From: Schizosaccharomyces osmophilus
Lineage: Eukaryota
DNA: 64,000 nucleotides
Reading direction: 5' to 3'
Assembly: GCF_027921745.1 (NCBI RefSeq)
Contig: NC_079239.1
Span: 1,302,001 to 1,366,000, forward strand
In this document: positions 33,757 through 45,717 of the stretch, piece by piece
Layout: the number at the start of each line of letters is the position of its first letter
Numbering within the stretch: position 1 is the first letter of the stretch
Notes under the pieces: model-generated
Database searches by the model: none
The model's input: the letters and a program-made list of their open reading frames with translations, nothing else
What the model was told of the DNA's origin: nothing
Translations under genes and position numbers: made by a program

Positions 33757-35626
33757 GATGAATGTAAAAGAGAGTCAGTCAGAGGAGAGAGGAGAGAAGA
33801 GAGAAGAAAGGCAAAATTAGTAAAATGGAGAAAAGAAGGAAATCAAAGAGAAAGAAAAAGAACAATATTAAAAGAAAATAACTTTGATTCCAACAGACTA
33901 AGATTATAAAACAAATGCAATAAAATTAGAATATCACTTCAAGACGGACATGAACGACTCGTATTTAATTGTTGTTGATGTTTTTTTTTATGGATTCAAT
34001 TGACTTCACTCTGATAAAAGGGGAAGATTTCAAAATGAAAATTGAAAAAATAAATGTTCTTTTGCTAGTTTCTTTTGTTGAGAGCAAATAGATTAATGGA
34101 TTCTAGAAAACCAGTTCCGTTTTCAAAGACGAAGGATTTAAGGGCAAAGGAGAATTCAAACAAGAGATGGAAAGTTCGCTTATACTTCCAAAACCAGCCC
34201 TAGCTTCAGTTCTCGATTTGCAACAACGTTTTTTACCAAAGGATCCAACTTCAAACTTTCAGTTTAAAAAGTATGATGGTTATTGAAAGTCACGACCGTT
34301 TTTAATGGACGAAAGAATGTATTTGAGGTGAGTTGTTTATACATCCAAACTGGAGAAACCAATTGAGGAAAGGTGGAAGGAAGAAAAAGCAATTCTTGAA
34401 GAATTAGCGACAAGTCTCGTTTTTATATGTACAAGGAAAAACAAGGTCCCGAACACGTCAATTCATCTCCTCAAAACACTCCATTTTTACGGCGATAGAA
34501 AGGCACCCTAAAGACACCGTATATGGCTTCCCAAGATAAACGGTATAGAACAACACTGTGTTTTAACGTCAAGAAGAAACGCTGCGCTGCCCTATCTCTT
34601 CTCTGATATTGAGATCGTTCTTCATAGATGAATTCAAATAAGGACAGCAAGAGAAGATTCTATTTAATGATATGAGACCTAGAGTAATACAAAGCAATGA
34701 GCAAGGAAAAGAAAGAAAAAAAGAAAAAAGAGAAATGAAAGGAGGTTAAAAATGAATCATATAAAGTGAGTTTAGAAATGTAAAACGAGAGTAGCGTTGA
34801 GTGGGTGGGTTTTTTTTTTGTAGTAAAAAATAAAATGATTCGTCGACCATGCAATGCGTCGCGTAAGACAGAGAGAGTGAGAGACTGTGAGAGAGTTGTG
34901 TGTGAGTGTCTGTCTCTCTTTACAAAGCCAGGTTGGAACGAAATGGTTTCCTTGCTGGCTGGTCAAAGAGCAAAAAGCGAGGATTCGAATTAGCAGAGGA
35001 GAATAAACCACCAGTAGGAATAAAAATAGGAATAGGAATACGAAATTCTATAAATTTAAACTTAATTTAATTATAAGTTTCCAGGAGAAAACAGATGAAA
35101 TTGCATAGGAAACCAGTCTACAAATATTTACCAACTTTTGTTCCTACCAAATCAATAGATTAGAATGGAGTTTGTTTAGAAAAGAAGCCTCGATCAAAAC
35201 AAGATTTTTTTTTCAATTTTCTTTTAATTTTTTTCAATAACAGGAAACCCAAATCATCGCTGACTTTGGCCATCATCCACAACACCCTCCACCGAATCCT
35301 TCTCTTTTGCTTAGCAAAAGTTTCACACGCAAATACCATTTCCTTTTCCTGTTTCTAATCCTCTTTCCTCATTCTTTTTCTTTCAATCAATTTATTTGAT
35401 TCCACGTTGTCTCTAACTTTTTTATTTCTCCTTGGTGATTCCTTTTTGCTTTTTTTTTCGTTTTTTGTTTCGGTTGCCTTCTCTTGCTAATTGGAGTGTT
35501 TTTTTATTGTTTTTTGTTTTCTGTTTTCCTTGTAAAAGTTTTGCTTTTGCTTTTTTTTGGTAACGTTGAATTTTTCTATCCATTTTTCTTTTCCCTACGT
35601 CAACGGTGTAAACTTCTTCCTTAGTT

Positions 35627-37402
35627 ATGTCGCCGTCTTCTCTTTCTCCTGAAATTCATCCTTCACAAAGTCGTCTCTATAGTTCCAGCAGAGACTCTTC
35701 TTACCCGTCTTCTTCTTTCTGGAATCAATCCAATTCCAAAATGGATGATGTAGGTTCTTTAAAACCCATCTCCTTGAATGATCATCAGGGTCTAAAGTCT
35801 CGAGTTACCATACAATCGCATAATGAATCCGAAGAGCCAGAAGACCCAGACTTCACCCTAGTACTCCCTTCGAATCGTCTCTACATTGTCATCCCAGGTC
35901 TCATGTTATGCATCTTTCTTGCTGCCCTTGATCAAACCATCATTACCACTGCCATCCCCACCATCGAAAAAAGCTTCGACGACAGCTCATCGTATTCGTG
36001 GATCGGTACCGCCTATTCACTGGCAGAAACCGCCGTCCTACCTCTTGCAGGCATAATGAGTGAAGTAGTTGGTCGAAAGGCTGTTCTTTACTCCTCCACC
36101 GTCATTTTTCTACTCGGAAGCGCCCTTTGCGGCGCTGCTAAAAGCATGATTTGGCTCATCTTGTGCCGTGCTGTTCAGGGTATTGGCGGCGGTGGAATCA
36201 TGTCTTTAGTTACAATTGTTATCGCTGATATTACACCTCTTCAAACCCGTTCGTACTATACAGGTTGCTTCGGTGCCACCTGGGGCATCGCTTCTGTCAT
36301 GGGCCCTTTGATGGGTGGTGCCATCTCTCAAAAAACAACCTGGCGTTGGATTTTCTTCATTAACCTCCCTACTGGCGGTATCGCCTTGACTACACTTATC
36401 TTCTTCCTTAATTTAATTCCCAAGCCAAGGACCTCCTTTTCCCAGTTTATGAAAACTTTTGATTTTCTCGGCATCATCACAATCACTGTTGGCGTTGTTC
36501 TCTTTCTTCTTGGTCTTAGTCTTGGTTCTACTGCCGGTGTTTGGACACATGCCAATATTCTGTGTTATCTCATTATCGGCATTCTCTGCCTGGTCGTGTT
36601 TGCTGTCAATGAAACATACACCAAGCGAGTAAAAATCATGCCTCCTGCTGCATTTAAAACTCTTTCACTCACCTCCATTATGGTGACTTCCTTCTTGCAC
36701 TACTACATAATGTCTACCATCACCTACTACATTCCCGTATACTTGCAAGACGTTAAAGGCGATGGTCCACTCATGTCCGGTGTTCACACGCTTTCCTTCG
36801 CAGTCGTCTCTTCCGTGACCTCAGCTATCAGTGGCTTTAGTATTGGCAAGTTAAGGAACTATACATACTTTATGATTGGTGGCTGGATTATCCTTCTGGC
36901 AGGTGCAGGCTCTATGATTGCCATTTACCACGAAACCGACATTTCCCGAGTCATGGGCTTCATTGCATTGACGGCTATTGGAGTAGGCAATTTGTTTCAG
37001 CCTAATTTAATCGCGCTGCAAGCGTCTGTTCCTCCAGCAACCATGGCAACCTCTTGCTCTGCGTTCATGTTGCTTCGAAATATGGGTTCTTCTATCGGTA
37101 TTGCCATTGGAGCAGTGATTTATGATCAACGACTATCCACTTTGCTCCAAGGCATGTCTTACGATAAAAACATTTCATTTTCACAAATCCAAGAGATTAC
37201 AGATGCTTCAGAAAGAAATCGTATTTTGGATGCCCTTGCAAATGCCATTAGAATGATTTGGATTGTCAACGTACCCTTTGCTGCGTTAGGAGCAATCCTG
37301 TCGTTTTTTACAAAGCAAAACAAGTTAAGCCAAAGCGTGATGGCGTATGATGAGAATAAAGAAGGGATAAACCAAGATCGTCAAGAAATGGAAAAGCCGT
37401 AA
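35627..37402 (+). CDS. MFS transporter, 14-TM DHA2-like drug:H+ antiporter
   Basis: LAALDQTIITTAIP, SEVVGRK, RAVQGIGGGG, GPLMGG, WRWIFFINLP motifs. Confidence 0.92.
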   Translation: MSPSSLSPEIHPSQSRLYSSSRDSSYPSSSFWNQSNSKMDDVGSLKPISLNDHQGLKSRVTIQSHNESEEPEDPDFTLVLPSNRLYIVIPGLMLCIFLAALDQTIITTAIPTIEKSFDDSSSYSWIGTAYSLAETAVLPLAGIMSEVVGRKAVLYSSTVIFLLGSALCGAAKSMIWLILCRAVQGIGGGGIMSLVTIVIADITPLQTRSYYTGCFGATWGIASVMGPLMGGAISQKTTWRWIFFINLPTGGIALTTLIFFLNLIPKPRTSFSQFMKTFDFLGIITITVGVVLFLLGLSLGSTAGVWTHANILCYLIIGILCLVVFAVNETYTKRVKIMPPAAFKTLSLTSIMVTSFLHYYIMSTITYYIPVYLQDVKGDGPLMSGVHTLSFAVVSSVTSAISGFSIGKLRNYTYFMIGGWIILLAGAGSMIAIYHETDISRVMGFIALTAIGVGNLFQPNLIALQASVPPATMATSCSAFMLLRNMGSSIGIAIGAVIYDQRLSTLLQGMSYDKNISFSQIQEITDASERNRILDALANAIRMIWIVNVPFAALGAILSFFTKQNKLSQSVMAYDENKEGINQDRQEMEKP

Positions 37403-37794
37403 GTAGCGGAATTGGTGGATTATTTATTGGAATGGATATGGATATTTAATTTAGGTTTTTATTGGAATGGATAATAGTCTATTTGTGTTTTTTTAAGATT
37501 TTCAAACCGGCAGTAGCTTGTTACTAGTACCTTAAATTTATAACAGAAAGCTTTTTTTTTTAAAAAAAAAAAAATAGGTCGAAGCAGTTTTTTGTTTATG
37601 TTATCATACTATGGAGGTAGCGGTTATTTACGATATCAATTGATGAATGTTGTTTTGATTCACCCCATCCATTTACCACATTCTTTATGAAATAGCCATA
37701 TCTTTAATACATGGAAGCGGCGGGTCGAAAAGCATAGGAAAATAGTAATTGTATATCAATATTTAATTCAAAGACCCTAAAGAAGGCATTGGAG

Positions 37795-38819
37795 ATGGGT
37801 TACATTCGTGGGCTGATAAATCTTTCCAAAAGAACGTTGCTAAAGCTCTTTCGAAATGGATTACAAATATTTGCACTCCTATTGATGACTCAGGCTCAAT
37901 GGCTGAATTGGGTTATCTACAAGCTATCGCCATCCAGGCTGGGTCAAGTTCAACTTGTACTGTATGTATTGATGGTATTTACTTATGTATATGCAAACAT
38001 AACACCTCCTGGAACCCCAGTGGTAAGTGAAACTGAAATTAATAAATTACTAACATGAAGACTGCTTTGTTTGAGCCGAAAACGAGTAACCAATATATGA
38101 AGCGAAAAGATGGGATGCCTCGTTATTGTGGCAAATGCATGCAGTACAAGGCTGACCGAACTCATCATTGTTCGCGTTGCGATTCTTGTGTGCTACGCAT
38201 GGATCACCATTGTCTCTGGTTTCGTAATTGTATTGGGTTTCAAAACCATAAGCTTTTCTACCTCGTGTGCTTGTATTTGACAACGTATGCTCTTACAAGT
38301 GTATACAGTACATTTATGGCCATAACAAAGCATTTTACTGCAGCAAATGGAACCATAAGCTCTGTCTATTTAGTGTTTTGGGGTTCTCTGTTTGCATTCG
38401 CGTTTGGCCTTAGTATTGTGATGGTTGCGTTTACAGTCTATCATACTTTCCTTCTTTTTCAGAACATTACTACCCTGGAGTCTATGAAATCTAGTTGGTC
38501 GAAATATGCCAAGTCAACACAGCCATTTAACGTTGGTCTGTATAATAATTGGTGTCAGGTGATGGGATCGGCACCATGGTTCTGGTTTCTCCCAGTAAAA
38601 AATTCGATAGGAAACGGCACTGTTTATCCCATCAACCAGAACGCACTTCCATACATCCCCTCTTCAGAAGAAAAATTAGAAACATCCTTCGAAAAAACTC
38701 CAGCGCCAATTGGTTATAGAGAGACCGAATGGGCTAGTGATGAGGAAGAATTTGCAATGAAGAGTCGTCGCTGGAATCCTCACCTTGGCCAGTTTGAGTG
38801 GCTTGATGATCTAGTTTGA
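37795..38819 (+). CDS. pfa3: DHHC palmitoyltransferase, 2 exons (37795-38022, 38061-38819)
   Basis: C..C...K..R.HHCSRC..CVLRMDHHCLW...CIG..N.K.F and NITTLE motifs. Intron GTAAGT...CTAAC...AAG. The paralogue name comes from synteny with gua1. Confidence 0.8.
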
Positions 38820-39992
38820 GGTTCATGGGGTTCTACGATTCTGCTCCCCTCCTTTGGTACCTTTTACGCCGAAACAAGAAGGTTTTTTTGCCGGCTCTTG
38901 TTTGTTATACGTTCTAATTCGGTTGATATACATTGTCGATTCTTGGATATATTTATTTTAAGTGATTCAATATCTCGTTTTATGGTACGCATATGGTCCA
39001 ATTCTTTGAAATCGAAGAAAATGAATAAAAAAATAAGGAAATCATGGATGACTTTTGAAAAGAGCATAGTTTATTATCAACAAAGGTTCTTTCACATTGG
39101 GCAACTACCCAAAAGAATCCACAATATTGGAATAAAATATATATACATTCCATCCATATGTTTTAGGTTAGCAGTCCATTCATTTCCATGTTTTGATAGC
39201 ATTTAGTTTTTTGGGTTAAATAGGTACGTTGATTATAATTTTTTTTTATTTCGTTTAGTTAGTTTAGTTTTTTTCGTTCCAAGTCTAGATTTTAATATAT
39301 TTTCTCGTTTTTCTTCTACAAATTTAGTTATTTCAATTATTTGTTTGTACCACTTTCTAAGGATTGCTAGGCGTATGGCATTGACATGTAAAGCTCAATT
39401 CAATTCCAAGACTCCATATCCAAGTACTTGTAAAACATATCGAGTAAGACCACGGGAACTTAAAAATCTTATTAAAGACTGCTGTAATTTTAAGAATTCC
39501 TTCCATTGACAAGCATAATCATAAAAAATGTTATCGTTCTGGATGACGATTTGTTGTCATCCAAGAAAAGGTAAACAAAGAACATTGAGATACTCCAAAA
39601 GTTGGCCATTGCTCGTGCCAGCCCATCTACTCAAGGGCGATTTTTCGCTTTCATGGTGAAGTCTTTAAGTCAGCGTTTTATCATTCTTTACCATCCGTAA
39701 CCCAAGTGTTTATCTTAACGCCGACGAAAGATTGGAGAAACTTCAAACAGCATTGTCCTAGATAGTAAAAACTTTTCCAAAACGCTTTTCCTTTTGCAAA
39801 ACAAAGGAAGCCTACCTCTCCAGCGACATTTCTTTCTTATCGTACTATTCTTTGGGAACGATTTTTCGCACTTTGTTAATATGATGTTTCGCTAGAGTGC
39901 GCAGCGTCTCGTAAAAATATATATATAAAGGCTGAACCCGCAAAATTTTTAACTGGTAACTATACCCGGGACGACTTTGGAAACAATCAAAA

Positions 39993-41794
39993 ATGTCTGT
40001 TGTTAAGCCTTACTCTGAAGCTTTAGACCTTCTTAAGAAGTATGAAAAGAAGGATGGTTTAAGTATTGACGATTTAATTCGTCACAACTTCCAAGGTGGT
40101 CTTACCTTCAACGACTTTTTGATTTTGCCTGGTTATATTGATTTTGTTCCTAACAGTGTTTCTTTGGAAACAAAGATCTCCCGTAATGTCACTTTGAAGA
40201 CTCCTTTCGTCAGTTCTCCTATGGATACTGTTACGGAAGACCAAATGGCCATTTACATGGCGCTTTCTGGTGGTATCGGTGTGATTCACCATAACTGCAC
40301 TGCTGAAGAGCAAGCTGATATGGTTCGCAAGGTGAAGAAGTACGAAAACGGTTTCATTACTGATCCCGTCGTCTTCTCTCCTGAGCACACTGTCGGTGAT
40401 GTTTTGAAGATTAAGGAAACCAAAGGCTTCAGTGGTATTCCCGTTACTGGTATGTTTTTTTTTCTTAACAAAAGATTATGAAAATAGAAGAGCCTAGTGA
40501 TTTGCCTGCTAATGATGTCTCAAATCTTATTAACTTTCGTTCTTCCGCAATGACCTAACCGTCATGGGGACAATTATTCGATTCCTGAAGTATAAGCAAT
40601 AATTCACTCTCTGAACTTTAGCTCTTATTATATTTATAATCTTTTTTATGTGTTCGAATTTTAACTAACCTTTTTTAAGACACCGGTAAGCTTCGTGGAA
40701 AGTTGATTGGTATTGTCACTTCTCGTGATGTCCAATTCCACAGAGATGTCGACTCTAAGGTCACTGAAGTCATGACCAAGGAAAACTTGATTACTACTCG
40801 CGAAGGCATTAGCTTGGAACGTGCTAACGAGATTTTGCGTAATTCTAAAAAGGGCAAACTCCCTGTTGTCGATGGTGACTTGAATTTGGTTGCTTTGCTT
40901 TCTTTGACCGATTTGATGAAGAACTTGAATTTCCCCAACGCTAGCAAGTCCGCTGAAACCAAGCAGCTCATGGTTGCTGCTGCTATCGGTACTCGTGATG
41001 ATGACCGTTACCGTTTGAAGTTGTTGGCCGAAGCCGGTGTCGATGTCGTTGTTATCGACTCTTCTCAAGGTAACTCTTGCTTCCAAGTTGAAATGATTAA
41101 GTTCATCAAGTCCAACTTCCCCAAACTCGATGTTGTCGCTGGTAATGTTGTTACACGTGAACAAGCTGCAAACTTGATTGCCGCCGGTGCCGATGGTTTA
41201 CGTATTGGTATGGGTAGCGGTGCTGCCTGTATCACTCAAGAAGTCATGGCATGTGGTCGACCCCAAGCTACCGCTATTGCCCAGGTTTCTGAATTTGCTT
41301 CCCAATTTGGCGTCAGTGTCATCGCTGATGGTGGTATTCAAAACATCGGTCATATGGTCAAGAGTCTTACCCTTGGCGCTACCGCCGTAATGATGGGTAG
41401 TTTGCTTGCTGGTACGACTGAGTCTCCTGGTGAATATTATGTCCGTGATGGACAACGTTACAAATCCTACCGTGGTATGGGTTCCATTGCTGCTATGGAG
41501 GGCACTGGTATGAACAAGAATGCTTCCACTGGTCGTTACTTCTCTGAAAATGATGCTGTACGTGTTGCTCAAGGTGTCTCTGGCCTCGTTGTCGACAAGG
41601 GCTCTCTTCTTCGCTTCTTGCCTTACCTTTATACTGGTTTGCAACACGCATGCCAAGACATCGGTGTTCGCTCTCTTGAAAAGCTTCATGAAGCTGTTAA
41701 CGCTCATGATGTCCGTTTCGAATTGCGTTCTAGTGCTGCCATTCGTGAAGGTGATATCCAAGGTTTTGCTACTTATGAAAAGCGTTTGTATTAA
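39993..41794 (+). CDS. gua1: IMP dehydrogenase, 2 exons (39993-40449, 40680-41794)
   Basis: [23 protein letters not shown] pair, DSSQGNS, catalytic-loop CITQEV, ADGGI, YRGMGS; strong codon bias. Confidence 0.97.
40507..40617 (+). ncRNA. snR54: Intronic box C/D snoRNA, snR54 homologue (guide for 18S rRNA 2'-O-methyl-A, Am974 in S. cerevisiae numbering)
   Basis: Lies in an unusually long 230-nt intron. Box C-like ATGATGT 40512; guide TAACTTTCGTTCTT 40531-40544, complementary to conserved 18S AAGAACGAAAGTTA; degenerate D' CCGC; CTGA at 40611. snR54 is hosted in the IMPDH gene IMD4 in S. cerevisiae. Ends are approximate. Confidence 0.82.
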
Positions 41795-42087
41795 ATGGTT
41801 ATATAATTTTCTTTCGGTTTGTTTTAAGTTCTTTGATGGCATTCAATTGAATGCGTGCATTTTGGGATATTTGTGAATAATAATATAAATCTATTTAATA
41901 CGCTTGATGAATTTGCGAGTTAATAATCTGTTCATAATTTACTCTACTGGTTTAATAGATGTACATGGTAGACCATCAAAATAAGTTATTTCATTTACTC
42001 ATTCTTAAATATTATATATGCAGTATATGCTTATGCTTTCGTATCCTTTTAAAAATTCCACGGTATGTTGCTCGTAAAGTTTACTAT

Positions 42088-44816
42088 TCAGTTGTCTCTT
42101 TGTGTATCCCTAGTGACTAGAAACGATCTTCGAATATTGGATGGCTTGGACAGACGCAAGGACGATAAAGAACTAAGGTTTTGGTGATTGTTCTCACCTG
42201 GTGGGTTAAGACTATCTGGATTTGAAGTACCGGGAGTTTGGGAAGCATCTGCCTGTAATGTCTCATGTGGATTGAAGCTGGGCTTAGACATAGAAGAGTC
42301 AGGGCTCCCGTCCAGATCTATCGTGTCCAAGTGAGGTAGAGAAACTTCTTCATTCGAAGATTCAGCTCCGAAAATGTTCGCCATCTCCACATCCAGATTT
42401 GATGTCGACAAGGGCTCATAACTCTTTGGTAACGATTCCACCTCCACTGCCTTGTCGTCTTCATCTTCTGGCTTATCTTCCAGAAGCGAGGATTGGGGGG
42501 AGTCTAAAGCCTCAGCAAGATCTAACGTATTATTGCCTTTAGCAGGAAGGGTCAAAGGGAAAGAGGGAGGCGGATGCACATTCTCTAGGGGCCAAGGTTT
42601 ATTTTTGGAATGCAATGGTTCTGGAGAGTTATAAGCGGAAACGCTTGAATCAGAAGTAGACATTGAATCATCAAACCGCACACGTTTCTTGGGTGATCTT
42701 CTGGGTATAGCAACTGGCTTCTTGGGTGACTTAACGGCAAACCTTCTAGGTGAATTTGGAATTTTCGATTGTTTGGATGGAGAAGATGGAAAAGAAGGGA
42801 CTGTTTCCTTTGCGGAGTGTTGTCTAGCTTCATCATAACCTTCCATGTGATGAAGTTGATACATGCTATGTTTATCCTTTGAACCAAAATCTGACAACCA
42901 ATTCTTAAGCAGGTTGGTCAATGCTGTTTGATCTTTATGTCTAAATTGGGTAAGTGACATAAAGGAAATCTCCGTTAGTTTTTGCAACACTGGGGTATAA
43001 TCATCAACTTTGCTTTGCGCATCCAAAATTTGATTTTCAATTATAGACTTTAGTAAATCGATTTCATCCTGTAAGATATCGGCATACATCACAGCATTAT
43101 TTTCTTTGAAATATTTTACGACAGGATTAACGCTTTTTTGAAAAGCATCATAAACAATTTCTGGATTAACGTCAGCAATGATAGTGGATCTCTGTATCAA
43201 CAACGAGTCTAACTTCGACTTTGCTAAAAATAGCCTTTCGTTGGATGGGTTGTCAGCGATTCGTTCGCAAGACGATATCCAATATTTCAGTATATTAATT
43301 GAATCATCATAATGCTTGACTCTCTCAACTTTATTGATTGTGTCCTTTTGCAAAGGCAGTGTTTCCAAAAAGGTAGCTCGCAGTAAATCCTTAGCTTCCA
43401 TTAACTTTGATTCGCAAGCTTTAGCTTGCGTAGCTGCTTGGTTCTTTGCGGCTGCTGTTATAGAGGCGGATGAGGAGGGGTTGCCTAGTCGGTCCTCGAG
43501 TTCAGCAATTTGTTGGCGAAGATCCACAATCGCTTTCACGTATTGGCTAACGTGTCTGTCGACGCTAATCATATTCCTTAAAACTTCAGTTTTAATGTTT
43601 TTTGCGCGATTAGCATATTTTAATGTATTGTGAGTCTCTTCATAATGAAATGATGAAGGAGAAATGCATACAATCATCACGGTTTTACAGTTACCACCAA
43701 GGCTGAACTTGAGTAGTCTCGTCAATTTGGAATCTCGATAAGGAATGTGTGCCCTTCGATGTGGATCGCATAAAGCATTTATACAGTTTCCTAAAGCCAA
43801 AAGCGATCTGTTAATATTGGCACCTTCTAATAAGCGGCCTCCTCGGTTTTTGGTGGCATTTGCACGTTCTGAGCCAGCAAGGTCAATAACGGAAAGAGTA
43901 GCCAAAGCGTGGTCTTCATTAATATCCGCAGTGCGCGGCTTTTGTACTACAGAAACCTGCAAGACAGCGTGAGATCGCGAAGAGGCAACGTTTGCTGCTG
44001 TAGGTGACATGGTTCGGTTTTCATTTCCACGAGCAACAATTTCCATTACCTCTTCGACAGTGGTAGGAGATAATGATGTTAATCCTGGAACGGTAATTCG
44101 ACGATCTGCGTCCTCGCGCAGCGTCAGAGGTTTGGATTGACTAAAGGGTTGCTCAGTCAGCAAGTCCCGAATAGTTTCATTATAAATTTCCAAATAAGAC
44201 ACATAAATATTAAAAACTTTTTCGTCTCTCAAGTCGTCCATTCGTTCAAAAAGCTCCTTTAGGGTTAGGTACACAATACCAGGATCCTCATTTGTTCCAG
44301 TAATCGTGTGAGTTTTACCGCAACCTGTAGCGCCGTATGCAAAAACCGTAGAATTGAATCCATCTAGAATGTTATCCAAGAGAGGGCGAGCAGTTTGCTC
44401 ATATACACTTTGCTGTGGGGCAGTTTCGTCAAATACTCTGTCAAAAGCGTAACGAAGATCGCGACCAAATCCGGTGAAGGTTCCCTTTCTTCCAGAAAGT
44501 CGAGAAATGTTACGTTGAGGAGCGGACATTCGTCTACTACCAGTGTGTATGGATGAAGCATCGTCTGGAGGATCAAATACCAGTACACGGTCATCCAAAA
44601 CCTTTACTACTCTTCGAATTCCTCGGCAAGCTCCTGGAGTTTTCAAAGAAAGCGAACTTGCTAGAGACTGCCCATCTGAAGACGCAAGTAAGTTGGCAGA
44701 TTCAATGCTACTAAATGGGCGAACTCGGACTAATGGTGTCAGTAATCATCAAAAAAATGCAGAAATAGAAATATTCAAAACAAACCTGCGACTGAGATGG
44801 ACGATTGTCTGGACAT
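42088..44816 (-). CDS. klp5: Kinesin-8 Klp5, 2 exons (44816-44786, 44729-42088)
   Basis: MSRQSSISVA|VRVRPF N-terminus, GATGCGKT, SSRSHA, DLAGSER, HIPYRDSKLTRLL. Intron GTTTGT...CTGAC...TTAG. Confidence 0.93.
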
Positions 44817-44981
44817 CGAAGCTCGTCGCCGCACAAGCGATCATCCAAGTAAAGAGTAGAATTCCGTAGAAGCCAGATTTACAACTAAAGAAATTGAAGT
44901 CTTAAAACGAAAGAATCAAGGAAAAGAGAGTATTGAAAATGAGCGTCCTAACTGGTTTTCGTCCTGTCGTTTCAATTTTGT

Positions 44982-45071
44982 TGTTTACTAGGTAAACATT
45001 TGCTGACGACTTCAATATACAAAGTGGTTGTTATGGCAATGGTAGGTTGTAAACAAATAAACGCGTAAACA
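44982..45071. promoter_or_regulatory. Four forkhead sites (GTAAACA) plus one MCB (ACGCGT) upstream of klp5
   Basis: TGTTTAC 44982; GTAAACA 44992, 45049 and 45065; ACGCGT 45061. Confidence 0.7.
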
Positions 45072-45717
45072 AAGAAAAAAAATAAAAATAAATGAAAATG
45101 AAAATGAAAATCAAGGAGCCTCATAACAAAACCAATGATTCATATAAAGTTGAACTTATTTGTCATTATTAATGATAGAAATTCCAAAGTGATTGATTAA
45201 TGATTATTGTCGTAGGAGGTGCATATAAAGAAAACAAAGTTATTATTATAGAAATAAAATGAACAAACACTGCTATGAAACCACAAAATCCGAAGAGTGT
45301 TTTTGCAAAAGACTACTACAAACAATTCAAGTAAAAAATGCAACGATCGTTGAAGAGATTTTTCATACTTAAACATAGAAAACTCATGCATAAACAAATG
45401 ATCACATCCATAGTAATATACTCGTTAAAGATATATACATGATATATTGTGGATTATATAATAACGGAGAGAAACCGAGAGGATGAAGTACGACGGAAAT
45501 TTTTCTTTGGAAATTCGACTTTTTGAGAGATTTATTTATTTATTTATTTTCCACTACAAAAGCTTCTTAAGTCACGTATAGGTTAGATCTGCTACGTCGA
45601 AAAGTACAGGAGCAAAGAAATTTGCAAACATTGCTGATCGACAGAAAAGGGTAGAGGTATTTTTATTACGAGCTGATCTGTTCTTGTCACCATAAACATT
45701 TTCTTATCCTTTCATCT

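Noticed and set aside
34860..34920. GA/GT-rich low-complexity stretch between the two transporters
   Set aside because: Short degenerate dinucleotide repeat with no further structure.
39537..39567. Hairpin TGGATGAC/GTCATCCA upstream of gua1 as a GTP-sensing attenuator
   Set aside because: Only an 8-bp core, about 350 bp upstream of the TATA-like box, with no evidence that it is transcribed.
40661..41842. Long antisense ORFs over gua1 (167 and 214 aa)
   Set aside because: Shadow ORFs of a highly codon-biased gene; no recognisable product.
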